Assembly (NCBI GenBank): GCA_035341015.1
Contig: DAOQUL010000002.1
Span: forward strand, 43,360-107,359
DNA from: Anaerolineales bacterium
Lineage (GTDB): Bacteria > Chloroflexota > Anaerolineae > Anaerolineales > UBA4823
DNA: 64,000 nt
Direction of reading: 5' to 3'
Position 1 is the stretch's first letter, and each line of letters starts with the position of its first letter. The notes under the pieces are model-generated. The model was not told the origin of the DNA. It did no database searches and saw only the letters and a program-made list of their open reading frames with translations. The position numbers and the translations under genes were made by a program. Below, in pieces: positions 8,753-18,127 of this stretch.

Positions 8753-10456
8753 CTACCGCGGGCGAGAAAGCAGCAGCCACAACAAAGACAGGGCCGCTCC
8801 CACCCACAAGATGCCCGCCGGTAAAGCTAAAGCTGCCAGGTAAAATTGAATGCCGCCAAACAACAAGGCCGCAAAGACCACGCTGCCGGCTGCCTTCAAG
8901 ACGGCGCGTTCCAAACGCCGGACCTGCTCAGCAAGTTGAGGGTCGCGTGTAACCAGGTCGCCGCGCTCGATCTTGGTCAACATGGCGTCTGCCCGGCCCG
9001 GCAGTGCCACCAGCTTACGCGCCAGGCCGCCCAATTCGTCCAGCCAGGCACCCTTGCCAGCCGCGGTTTCTTCTGCCAGCAATTTGCCAGCATAAGGGGT
9101 CAGGTATTCCCAAAGGTTAAAACCAGGGTCCAGGCCTGTGCACATGCCCGACAGGATACCCACCGCTCGCCCCAGGAAGATGATATCCTGGGGAATTTGA
9201 AACGGCATGTCATACACCAGGTCGCTGAATTGGTGGGCGAACTGATGCATCTCTTTCACATCCACCATCTGAAGCTCGGTCATACTTTTGCCCCAAAAGT
9301 AATCAAACATGGTGCCCATAGCTTCTTCGATCAGCTTCAAGTCGGCACCAGGGAGCAGCATGCCCAACATCTGGTAAGCGCGGATCACACGCCCGGTGTC
9401 TCGCGTTCCCACACCAATGATCAACTCGCGCATCGCCAGCCGGGTTTCAGGAGGTATGCGCCCTACCATGCCAAAATCTACGAAGGTCAGCTTCCAGGGT
9501 AGATGCACCTCTGACGCACCCCCATCAGCAGGCGCCTTGGGCAAGGGCATGACAAACAAGTTCCCGGGGTGCGGGTCAGCATGGAAGAAGCCATCTTCAA
9601 AGATCTGCTTGAGATAGGTATCCAACAAGCGGCGCGCCACCTCACCCCGGTCGATGCCGGCTTGGCTGATCGCCTCGTAATCGGTGATCTTGATGCCGCC
9701 AACATCTTCCAGGGTCAGCACATGCGGGGTAGTGTGCGTCCAGATGATGCGCGGCACCCGAATATTGGGCTGGCCCTTGAAATTGGCAGCAAAGGTCTCT
9801 GCATTGCGCCCTTCAGCCAGGTAATCGACCTCTTCATACAACGTGCGCGTAAACTCAGCCAACAAAGCCGGGACATTGGCCCGCTTTCGAATGGGTGGGT
9901 AACGCCGCAGCCACTCACCCACCGTGCGCAGCGCTGCCAGGTCGGTGGCGATCAGAGCCTGGATGTTGGGCCTTTGCACCTTGACCACCACGTTCAAGGT
10001 CTCAAGCACCTCCTCGCCAGCCGGGTCAACACCATGAACAGCCAAACAAGCACGGTGGACCTGGCCCAGAGAAGCGGCTGCCAGCGGCGCGACATCGAAT
10101 TGGCGGTATTTTTCTTCCAGCGGCATGCCCAGGTCGGCTTCGGCCACGGCGCGGATATCCTCGAAGCGTTCAGGGGGCACTTCATCTTGCAAGCCGGCCA
10201 GTTCGCCGGTGATCTCGCGCGGCAAAACATCCACTCGAGAGGAAAGGAATTGGCCCACCTTGATCAGCACACCGCCCAATTGGATGGCCATGGCGCGATA
10301 TTGAACTGCGGCTCGGCGAAGCCGCTCTGGGCGGTTCTGCCGCGAAAGCTTTCGCAAGCCCAGGCGCGGCAGAATCAGATCCCAGAAAACAACCCCAGCC
10401 AGGATCCTGGCAAAGAAGAAAACGATGCGGCGGTAGCGCGCGCCCAGCATGCCCAA
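8753..10456 (-). CDS. ABC1/UbiB-family atypical protein kinase
   Basis: 567 aa. Motifs AAASLGQVHRA, HADPHPGN and VDFGMVG are present, and there are C-terminal TM helices. Confidence 0.85.
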   Translation of the reverse strand: MGMLGARYRRIVFFFARILAGVVFWDLILPRLGLRKLSRQNRPERLRRAAVQYRAMAIQLGGVLIKVGQFLSSRVDVLPREITGELAGLQDEVPPERFEDIRAVAEADLGMPLEEKYRQFDVAPLAAASLGQVHRACLAVHGVDPAGEEVLETLNVVVKVQRPNIQALIATDLAALRTVGEWLRRYPPIRKRANVPALLAEFTRTLYEEVDYLAEGRNAETFAANFKGQPNIRVPRIIWTHTTPHVLTLEDVGGIKITDYEAISQAGIDRGEVARRLLDTYLKQIFEDGFFHADPHPGNLFVMPLPKAPADGGASEVHLPWKLTFVDFGMVGRIPPETRLAMRELIIGVGTRDTGRVIRAYQMLGMLLPGADLKLIEEAMGTMFDYFWGKSMTELQMVDVKEMHQFAHQFSDLVYDMPFQIPQDIIFLGRAVGILSGMCTGLDPGFNLWEYLTPYAGKLLAEETAAGKGAWLDELGGLARKLVALPGRADAMLTKIERGDLVTRDPQLAEQVRRLERAVLKAAGSVVFAALLFGGIQFYLAALALPAGILWVGAALSLLWLLLSRPR

Positions 10457-10463
10457 ATGGATT

Positions 10464-11297
10464 TTAGACGATCAACACCGAGCAAGGAGCATGGTTCAGC
10501 AAACGATCAGCAACATCATCCAGCAAAATTTCAAGCCAACGGTTCTGCCCAGGCTGATGATGTGCGCCCACCACCAACAAATCGTAATGGCCTTTGTTGA
10601 GCTCATCCAGCACTTGCTCAACGACCAGGCCATGCCGGAGGAGCGGCACAATTGGGCTGGTCAACCCAGCAGCTTGCAACTGCTGCATGGCACTCTGAAG
10701 ATGTTGGCCTTCGCGTGTCTGGCGATCGATGGCAGTTTTTGCGGTGTCAAAAAGATCGCTGGGGGCGTTATCGGGCTTGAGCGCCACCTGCGACATGACG
10801 TGCAGCAAATTGACCTCGGCTGTTGTACCCTGCAGCAAAGTTCCTGCCCGGCGCATGGTTTCAACAGAGGGGATTTCAGCTCCGGTGCAAACCAGGATTT
10901 TTTGCAGCGTGGTGGGCACCGTTCGCGCGACCAAGAGGTGAGTATGGATCTTGCGCGCCAGCTTGCTGCTCGTCGAACCCAGGTTGAGCAGCCGCAGGCC
11001 GCGTTGTTGACCACTGCTGCCCATGACCACCAGGTCATAAGCCTGGCCCTGGGTTTCAGCCAGGATCTGTTCCACCGGGTGACCATGCCGGACGTGCTGT
11101 TTTACGCCAGCCCAGCCTGGCCCCAAGATGCTTGCCATGCGATCCATCGAAGCGCGCAAAGCAGCCTCTTCGGCCTCATTTTCACAAACCCCCAATAAGG
11201 TTAACTGACCACCCGCAGAGTTGCCCAGGCGGGTGAGCAGCGCAGCAGCCGCCTCGGCTGCTGGCGAACCATCGGTACAAATCAGTATTTCCATCAA
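10464..11297 (-). CDS. tandem universal stress protein (2x UspA domain)
   Basis: 277 aa made of two Usp-like halves. Each half ends in a G-rich ATP-loop-like segment (VVMGSSG...GSTSSKLA; VVGAHHQPG...VADRLLNHAPCSVLIV). Confidence 0.8.
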   Translation of the reverse strand: MMEILICTDGSPAAEAAAALLTRLGNSAGGQLTLLGVCENEAEEAALRASMDRMASILGPGWAGVKQHVRHGHPVEQILAETQGQAYDLVVMGSSGQQRGLRLLNLGSTSSKLARKIHTHLLVARTVPTTLQKILVCTGAEIPSVETMRRAGTLLQGTTAEVNLLHVMSQVALKPDNAPSDLFDTAKTAIDRQTREGQHLQSAMQQLQAAGLTSPIVPLLRHGLVVEQVLDELNKGHYDLLVVGAHHQPGQNRWLEILLDDVADRLLNHAPCSVLIV

Positions 11298-11303
11298 AAC
11301 CTC

Positions 11304-12380
11304 CTATCCAAAAATTAACAGAACAAACGGAACTGCAAAGATTACAAAGATGTAGCCAACCAGGTGACGACGACGGCGTCCCAAAAAATTCACGATCCCG
11401 TCCAAAAAACACTCATACTGGCGAAAGCCAAGCGCCATAACGAGCAGCGATACAACGGCAACACTGATCATCATCACCAACACCACCGTTACGGCAGATG
11501 AATTTGCCAACAAGGCAGCCGCCACCAATGTATCGATAAAGGTCGTGATATTCGCCCCCATTATATATGGAATTGCATTTTCTCGTCGGATGATTCCGCG
11601 CACTGACAGGGGCACTAACAGGCTGAGCGATACCGAAACCGACATCGTCAGCGAGGTCACCAAAGCCCCCGCCAAGAAAACGACCACCGGGCGGTACAGC
11701 GCGTGCGAGAGCAGCCCCAGGCCAGCCTCTTCAAAGTGGATTTCGGGGATGGCTTTGTCAAACAGCCACAAGCTCGATAAAACCAACAAGAAGCCGACCG
11801 GGAACAACGCCCAGGTCGGCAGCAGCTCTTGGAAAACGATCAACAGCGGATTGATCAGTGTCTCCAACGGCGAGCTTACATCCTGCGAGGCCTGTACCTG
11901 CCAGCGGTCGAGCCAGCCATTGGACATAAAGAAGAAACCCAAAGCCAGCACCAGTGGATACATGGTTTGAGTTACCAGCAAGCTCAGCAGACCCACGTTC
12001 AAACTCAAAACCCGCTGTTTGCCCCGCAGCATGTAAACGAGCCCAATCAGCAAAACCACAAAAGCCGCCCCCAGGCGAGAGCCCGCAATCATTGCAAAAC
12101 TCTCAACAGCCGAGAGCACATTGGCATCTAGCAGTGCCAGAGAAGTGGCCGCCACTGGTGAACCTGAAAGCGTCAAATTTGCAGAAAGCCAACCAAAGCC
12201 CAGCGCGCTCGCCGGGCTGTCGACCGAAAACTGGTTGCGGATCAAGGGTGCAAACGGTTTGGCGCCTTCTTTCAACAAAATCAACGCCAGAACAAATAAA
12301 ACAATGCAAAATAGGGCCAACCCTAAGCGGAGGGCAGCACTGACATACCAGGGGCGGGAGCGTTTGCGATTATCAGACAT
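11304..12380 (-). CDS. polytopic membrane protein, distant Na/Pi-cotransporter (PNaS)-like
   Basis: About 9 TM segments. There is an internal two-fold repeat with IMGANITTF-type and IAGSRLGAAF-type segments that resemble the PNaS repeat. The start is uncertain between 12380 and 12425. Confidence 0.45.
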   Translation of the reverse strand: MSDNRKRSRPWYVSAALRLGLALFCIVLFVLALILLKEGAKPFAPLIRNQFSVDSPASALGFGWLSANLTLSGSPVAATSLALLDANVLSAVESFAMIAGSRLGAAFVVLLIGLVYMLRGKQRVLSLNVGLLSLLVTQTMYPLVLALGFFFMSNGWLDRWQVQASQDVSSPLETLINPLLIVFQELLPTWALFPVGFLLVLSSLWLFDKAIPEIHFEEAGLGLLSHALYRPVVVFLAGALVTSLTMSVSVSLSLLVPLSVRGIIRRENAIPYIMGANITTFIDTLVAAALLANSSAVTVVLVMMISVAVVSLLVMALGFRQYECFLDGIVNFLGRRRRHLVGYIFVIFAVPFVLLIFG

Positions 12381-12480
12381 TCGATGACACAGCCTGCGCA
12401 GAGCCTGGTGCTTACAACCCTGCAAGGAAAAACACCTACTATTTTACCCTGAATGTGTCCAATCTCGATATTTTTGTGGT

Positions 12481-13239
12481 ATGCTATCGAGCATGTCGCA
12501 TATTCCTCCCGATCGTTTTGCCCAACTATACGCCTCCTTCCAATCCCCGATCGCGGCGCTAGATTGCGGAAAGAAATGTTCGCCCTATAATGAATTTGGG
12601 GCACCGTTTTGCTGTGACACCCGCCACGCCGTACCCTCTGCGTACCAGGCTGAGTGGGAATATCTACAGGCCCATACGTGCATGTGGCATCTCTGGCAGT
12701 CACCCAAAGACGAAGCCGAAACCGCGCGTGTGCAATCTCAGGCTGCCCCGGGCCAGGTTCTCATTGAATGCCAGGGGCACCTTTTATGCCAACGCGAATT
12801 CCGTTCGATGGTGTGCCGCGAATTCCCCTTCTTTCCTTATGTCACCCGCCAGGGTGAATTCATCGGCTTATCCTACTATCGCGAATACGCCGATCGCTGC
12901 TGGGTGATCAGCAACCTGTCAGCAGTCACCCATGCGTACCGTCAGCAATTCATCCAGACTTATGACGCCCTGTTTGCCGCCTGCCCTGAAGAAAGAGAGC
13001 TCTTCCGCTATCATTCGGGCATCGTACGGCGGGTTTGTGGACGCCAGCACCAACAGATCACCGTCTTGCACCGCGATGGAGAAATCTATGCGGTCACCCC
13101 GCGCGATGGCAGCCTGCAACGCATCCACGTTGAAGATCTACCCAGGTTTGGCCCCTACGCCATCAGCGCAGCACTGGCTTTCCCCGACGAGTTGGAACCA
13201 GGCGCGCTTGGCGGCCAAGAGCAGGCAGCCACTGCATGA
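12481..13239 (+). CDS. Cys-rich hypothetical protein
   Basis: 252 aa with the clusters [25 protein letters not shown] and CREFPFFP. It is only loosely reminiscent of CxxCxxCC (YkgJ-type) metal-binding proteins. Its stop overlaps the next gene's ATG (ATGA). Confidence 0.6.
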   Translation: MLSSMSHIPPDRFAQLYASFQSPIAALDCGKKCSPYNEFGAPFCCDTRHAVPSAYQAEWEYLQAHTCMWHLWQSPKDEAETARVQSQAAPGQVLIECQGHLLCQREFRSMVCREFPFFPYVTRQGEFIGLSYYREYADRCWVISNLSAVTHAYRQQFIQTYDALFAACPEERELFRYHSGIVRRVCGRQHQQITVLHRDGEIYAVTPRDGSLQRIHVEDLPRFGPYAISAALAFPDELEPGALGGQEQAATA

Positions 13240-14999
13240 CATCCATTCCTGTGTTGGCCGAATTCACCCTGCCCGAGCATTGGCGCTCAGACCGCCGCGG
13301 CCCAGTGCGTTGGGTATTTTCATATTTACGCAGGCAATGGCTGCTGGCGGTCTTGATGACCATCGGGGCCATTGGCAATGCAGCCCTGGCTGCCGCCGTG
13401 CCGGTATTGATTGGGCGGGCATTTGAGGCCATCACTGCCGCACCACCCCAGGTCAACCTGCTGAGCGGACTGGCCTTTATGATCGCCGGCACGCAGATCG
13501 TACGCGGCATTCTGCAATTTGGCCGCAACTCTGGCGCCGAGTTGATCGCCCAACGCATCGAGCGCGATGTGCGGTCTGAGTTGTACACCAGCCTGCTGGG
13601 CAAAAGCATGACCTTTCACAGCCTGCAGGCAGTTGGCGATACCATGGCCCGCGCCACCAACGATGTGCGCGAAGTGAACTACATGTTCAGCCCCGGGTTG
13701 AACCTGGTACTGGGCTCGTTTTACTTTATGCTCATGCCGCTCATCCTGGCACCAACCTACCACCCGGCCCTGATGCTGGTGCCAGGCCTGTTTATGTTGT
13801 TTTACTTCCTGGCATTGTGGCAGTACTTGAAAGAATTGGACCCAATCACCACCGAAGTGCGCCGGGCTTTTGGCCAGTTGAACACCCGCCTGGCAGAAGC
13901 CCTGGATGGGATCGAGACGGTCAAAGGCATGGCACAAGAGGATAATGAAGTAGTCCGCTTCGGCAATAATGCTCGCCGGTTTCGGGATGCTTTTATCAAA
14001 CAGGGCGATGTTGAAGCCCGGTTCTTACCCCTCTTGCTGCTCGGCCTGGCCGAGGCCACCAGTTTTCTTCACGCCATGCTGCTGTACCGTCAGGGCTTGA
14101 TCGGCCTGGGCGATGTGGTGGGATACTTTGGCCTGATCCAATTGTTCGGTTTCCCCACGTTCACATCGCTCTTTGCCTACTCTCAGGTTTCACTCGGCAT
14201 TGCCGGGGCGCGCCGTATCCTCGAGCTGATCAACCGCGAAAACAACCTGGACCAAAATGCCAGCGGGTACACCGGCCCCGCACTGGGCGCAGTTGAGTTC
14301 CGCAAAGTCAGCTTTGCCTACAACGACGGTGAGCCGGCCCTGGAAAATATTTCTTTCAGCATTCAGCCTGGGCAAACAGTAGCCATTGTGGGGCAAACCG
14401 GGTCTGGGAAGACATCACTGGTCAAGTTGATCAACCGCACCTACGACGCCGCCCCGGGGCAAGTGCTGGTTGACGGCTGCGATGTGCGGGGCTGGAACCT
14501 GGAAACCCTACGCCGCAGTGTATCGATCATCGAGCAGGACGTTTTCTTGTTCTCGCGCAGCATCGCTGAGAACATTGCTTTTGGCAAGCCTGGTGCCAGC
14601 CAGGCAGAGATCGAAGCGGCTGCAAAAGCGGCCCAGGCGCACGAGTTCATCACCTCCTTCAAAGATGGCTACCAGACGGTGATCGGGGATCGCGGCGTTA
14701 CCCTCTCTGGCGGCCAGCGCCAGCGCCTGGCCCTGGCACGTGCCTTCTTGACCGACCCGCGCATCCTGATCTTGGATGATTCAACCAGTTCGATCGACAG
14801 CGCCACCGAAGACAAGATCCAACGCGCCATTTATGCCGCCGCCCGCGGGAGGACCACCTTCTTGATCACACACCGTCTATCACAGATCCGTTGGGCCGAT
14901 CTGATCATCGTGCTTCGCCAGGGAAAGATTGCCGCCATCGGCAGCCATGCCGACCTGATGCAAACCTCCGAAGCTTACCGTCGTATCTTTAGCGAGTGA
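13236..14999 (+). CDS. ABC exporter, fused permease/ATPase half-transporter (subunit A)
   Basis: 587 aa. A 6-TM domain is followed by Walker [10 protein letters not shown], signature LSGGQRQR and Walker B ILILDD. Confidence 0.9.
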   Translation: MTSIPVLAEFTLPEHWRSDRRGPVRWVFSYLRRQWLLAVLMTIGAIGNAALAAAVPVLIGRAFEAITAAPPQVNLLSGLAFMIAGTQIVRGILQFGRNSGAELIAQRIERDVRSELYTSLLGKSMTFHSLQAVGDTMARATNDVREVNYMFSPGLNLVLGSFYFMLMPLILAPTYHPALMLVPGLFMLFYFLALWQYLKELDPITTEVRRAFGQLNTRLAEALDGIETVKGMAQEDNEVVRFGNNARRFRDAFIKQGDVEARFLPLLLLGLAEATSFLHAMLLYRQGLIGLGDVVGYFGLIQLFGFPTFTSLFAYSQVSLGIAGARRILELINRENNLDQNASGYTGPALGAVEFRKVSFAYNDGEPALENISFSIQPGQTVAIVGQTGSGKTSLVKLINRTYDAAPGQVLVDGCDVRGWNLETLRRSVSIIEQDVFLFSRSIAENIAFGKPGASQAEIEAAAKAAQAHEFITSFKDGYQTVIGDRGVTLSGGQRQRLALARAFLTDPRILILDDSTSSIDSATEDKIQRAIYAAARGRTTFLITHRLSQIRWADLIIVLRQGKIAAIGSHADLMQTSEAYRRIFSE

Positions 15000-15002
15000 T
15001 TT

Positions 15003-16832
15003 ATGGGCTTCTTTTCTGGACTTGCCAACGAAGGATACGACCGCCAATATTCAGACCAACAGCTTGCCCGGCGCATTGGCAGCTACCTCCGTCCCTACAC
15101 AACCACCCTGCTGGGCATCGGCGGACTGCTTTTAGCAACCGCCATCACCGGGGCTGTCACCCCCATTATTGTCTCACGCGGGGTTGACATGCTGGGACTC
15201 CAGGCAGAAGAGATGAGCATAATTGTGCTCTTCTTGATCATCCTGGGCATTGGCGTGATCAACTGGGGCATCAACTGGCTGCGCCGCCGGCTGACCGTGC
15301 GCACCCTGGGGAATATCGAGCTGACGCTGCGCACCGATGCCTTCAAGGCGGCTGCCGAGCACGATCTTTCTTTCTATGACGAATTTTCATCCGGGCGCAT
15401 CGTCTCGCGCATCACGTCTGACACCAAAGACTTTGGCAATCTCGTGGTGCTGGTCACCGATCTGCTCTCGCAAATCGTCCAGGCAATCATCCTGGGTATT
15501 GTGCTCTTCACCATTGAGTGGCGGCTGACCTTACTCCTGTTCAGCTTTTTACCGGTTGTTTTTCTCACGGCTTTCAGCTTCCGGCGCCTAGCGCGCACCG
15601 TCACCCGCCAGGGCATGCGCGCCATGGCCAACGTTAACGCGGCCATCAAAGAGACCGTCAGCGGCATTGCAGTGGCAAAGAACTTCCGCCAGGAGGCCTC
15701 GGTTTACCAAGAATTTGCCGAAGCCAACCAGCAATCGTATCGCGTGAACGTGCGGCGCGGGATCATCCTGGCCCTGGTCTTCCCCACCTTGAACGCACTC
15801 GAAGGAATTGGTACGGCCCTGATGGTCTACACCGGTGGGTCTGGCGCGGCGAATGCCGTGGTGACAGCGGGCGCCTTTTACCTTTTCTTGCAAAGCATGG
15901 GGCGCTTCTTCTCGCCGATGCTGAACCTGTCTGCATTTTGGGCCCAGGTGCAAAATGGCCTTTCGGCTGCCGAACGTGTTTTTGCCCTCATCGATGCTGA
16001 AGCTGCCGTTACACAAAACGACAACCAGCCCGTCCCGGTTCTTGAAGGCGATATCCGCTTTGAGAATGTCAACTTTCACTATAAGCGTGAAGAGGCCGTG
16101 CTGGAGAACTTCAGCCTGCATATCCGCCCAGGCGAAAACATTGCCCTGGTAGGGCATACTGGCGCAGGCAAATCATCCGTTGCCAAGCTGATTGCCCGTT
16201 TCTACGAATTCCAGGATGGGCGCATCCTGGTGGATGGACACGACCTTCGCACACTGGATCTAAGCGCTTACCGCCGCCAATTGGGCATTGTCTCGCAGGT
16301 GCCCTTCCTTTTTTCCGGCACGGTGCTTGAAAACATAGCCTATTCGCAGCCTGAAGGGGTAGACCGGCAGGCCATCACTGCGCTTGCCCACCAGATTGGG
16401 GATGGTGAATGGCTGCACACCCTGCCGCAAGGATTGGATACCGAGGTTGGAGAACGCGGGGCACGCCTCTCGATGGGCCAGCGCCAATTGGTCTCGCTGA
16501 TGCGCGTCTTGGTTCAGCGCCCGGCAATCTTCATCTTAGATGAGGCCACCGCCAGCATCGACCCCTTTACCGAATGGCAGATTCAGCAAGCCCTGAACCT
16601 GATCTTAAAGTGCTCCACCAGCATCCTCATTGCCCACCGTCTCTCTACTGTTAAGGCGGCCGATCGCATCATCGTCCTGGAAAAAGGCCAGATCATCGAG
16701 CAAGGCAATCATAACGGCTTGTTGACCCAAGGCGGGCATTACGCCAGCCTGTACAACTCCTTCTTCCGGCACCAAAGCCTGGCCTATATTGATGAAGCCC
16801 GCCAGATGGCGCAGGCCGAACCGGCAAACTAG
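15003..16832 (+). CDS. ABC exporter, fused permease/ATPase half-transporter (subunit B)
   Basis: 609 aa. Walker A is GHTGAGKSS, the signature is the degenerate LSMGQRQL, and Walker B is IFILDE. It starts 3 nt after subunit A, which implies a heterodimer. Confidence 0.9.
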   Translation: MGFFSGLANEGYDRQYSDQQLARRIGSYLRPYTTTLLGIGGLLLATAITGAVTPIIVSRGVDMLGLQAEEMSIIVLFLIILGIGVINWGINWLRRRLTVRTLGNIELTLRTDAFKAAAEHDLSFYDEFSSGRIVSRITSDTKDFGNLVVLVTDLLSQIVQAIILGIVLFTIEWRLTLLLFSFLPVVFLTAFSFRRLARTVTRQGMRAMANVNAAIKETVSGIAVAKNFRQEASVYQEFAEANQQSYRVNVRRGIILALVFPTLNALEGIGTALMVYTGGSGAANAVVTAGAFYLFLQSMGRFFSPMLNLSAFWAQVQNGLSAAERVFALIDAEAAVTQNDNQPVPVLEGDIRFENVNFHYKREEAVLENFSLHIRPGENIALVGHTGAGKSSVAKLIARFYEFQDGRILVDGHDLRTLDLSAYRRQLGIVSQVPFLFSGTVLENIAYSQPEGVDRQAITALAHQIGDGEWLHTLPQGLDTEVGERGARLSMGQRQLVSLMRVLVQRPAIFILDEATASIDPFTEWQIQQALNLILKCSTSILIAHRLSTVKAADRIIVLEKGQIIEQGNHNGLLTQGGHYASLYNSFFRHQSLAYIDEARQMAQAEPAN

Positions 16833-16851
16833 AAAAATTCGAGCGTATCCT

Positions 16852-18066
16852 ATGTGTCCTCAAATTACCATCCCATCTCCAAAGGCTGCCATATATCCCA
16901 ATTTCAGCGACCTACCCTGGGATATGCCGCTGGACACCTGGAGCGGTCACTGCCAACGCATCGAAGAAGAAGTGCCGCGCGGGCTCTCGCGCCACCCAGT
17001 TGTATTTGTCAATTACGACGGGGATCTGTATGCATTAAAAGAACTACCGCCCCATCTGGCGGAAGAAGAGTATCGCATCCTGGCCCAGATGGACGAGATG
17101 CGCCTGCCCTGCGTCACCCCGGTGGGCTATGTTCACACCCACACCGTCAACGGCCCGGCCAGCGTGCTGATCACGCGCTACCTCGATAATTCCATCCCCT
17201 ACCGGTCTCTCTTTATGCGCAGTAATCTTGACCGGTACCGAGAGCACCTGTTGGACGCCATGGCGGGGCTGATCGTGCAGCTTCACCTGGCGGGTATCTA
17301 CTGGGGCGACTGCTCACTTTCAAACACCCTCTTCCGCCGCGATGCCGGCGCACTGCAAGCCTACCTGGTGGATGCAGAAACAGCCGAGATCCATGCCTCG
17401 CGCCTGGCACCCACCTTGCGCCTGCACGACCTTGAGATCATGGAAGATAACGTCACCGGCGATCTGGCAGACCTCGAAACGCTTGGACACCTGGCAAGCA
17501 ATTACCCCATCCTAGAAACCGGTTCTTACATCCGCCAGCGCTACCGCGGCCTGTGGGAAGAGATCACCCGCGAAGAAGTGATCCGGCCTGACGAGCGCTA
17601 CCGCATTCAAGAACGTATCCGTGCCCTTAACGCTCTGGGGTTTTCAGTCAACGATGTCGAAATCCAGGGCGACGAGGGAGGTGACAAGCTGCGCTTGCGC
17701 ATCCAGGTTACCGATCGCAGCTTCCACCGCGACCAGCTTTTCGAGTTAACCGGCGTGGAAGCGGGAGAAATGCAAGCCCGGCAGATGATGAATGAAATCT
17801 ATGCCATCAAAGCCTATCTCGCTCAAGAGCAGAATCGCAGCGTACCGCTCAGCGTGGCAGCCAACCACTGGCACGCCCAACTTTACCAGCCCGTGACCGA
17901 ACGCCTGCAGCCGATCATCCAACAGCGCGAGCAGGCTGCTTCAATCAGCGACCCCGCTGAACTGTACTGCCAGGTGCTTGAGCATAAATGGTTCTTGTCA
18001 GAGCAAGCCCAACAAGATGTGGGCCACCAGGCCGCCGTAGAAGATTACCTGCGCCGTTTCGGGTAA
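16852..18066 (+). CDS. kinase-like protein of the DUF4032 type
   Basis: I start it at ATG 16852. The N-terminal half resembles the Kdo/RIO-type kinase fold (DLYALKELP, HLAGIYWGDCSLSNTLF, LVDAETAE). The C-terminal helical half resembles DUF4032. This recognition is from memory only. Confidence 0.6.
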   Translation: MCPQITIPSPKAAIYPNFSDLPWDMPLDTWSGHCQRIEEEVPRGLSRHPVVFVNYDGDLYALKELPPHLAEEEYRILAQMDEMRLPCVTPVGYVHTHTVNGPASVLITRYLDNSIPYRSLFMRSNLDRYREHLLDAMAGLIVQLHLAGIYWGDCSLSNTLFRRDAGALQAYLVDAETAEIHASRLAPTLRLHDLEIMEDNVTGDLADLETLGHLASNYPILETGSYIRQRYRGLWEEITREEVIRPDERYRIQERIRALNALGFSVNDVEIQGDEGGDKLRLRIQVTDRSFHRDQLFELTGVEAGEMQARQMMNEIYAIKAYLAQEQNRSVPLSVAANHWHAQLYQPVTERLQPIIQQREQAASISDPAELYCQVLEHKWFLSEQAQQDVGHQAAVEDYLRRFG

Positions 18067-18090
18067 TCGGTGGATTGCTCGATAGATGAG

Positions 18091-18120
18091 TTGACGAATC
18101 GACCAGGTATAACATACAAT
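18091..18120 (+). promoter_or_regulatory. sigma70-type promoter that implies a leaderless kinase mRNA
   Basis: TTGACG (18091-18096) is followed by an 18-nt spacer and TACAAT (18115-18120). ATG 18128 lies only 7 nt after the -10 box, and no SD is present. Confidence 0.5.
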
Positions 18121-18127
18121 TAAGAAC

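Noticed and set aside
9569-10600. A 343-aa plus-strand ORF antisense to the UbiB-like gene. Similar long antisense ORFs occur at 13326-13937, 21596-22207, 26123-26773, 40284-41279, 45141-45884 and 55390-56325.
   Set aside because: Their translations are low-complexity and rich in R/A/G/P/H/Q. They lack recognisable motifs and lie fully inside well-supported genes on the other strand. This is typical of stop-poor antisense frames in GC-rich DNA.
12481-13239. Assigning the Cys-rich protein to the YkgJ/CxxCxxCC (PF03692) family.
   Set aside because: The Cys spacing here (C-x3-C-x11-CC) does not match the family motif as I remember it. The gene is left as hypothetical pending an HMM search.
16789-16851. 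An upstream start (16789) for the DUF4032-like gene, which would overlap the ABC subunit B gene by 44 nt.
   Set aside because: The extension is Arg-rich and non-genic in appearance. ATG 16852 lies just after the ABC gene stop.
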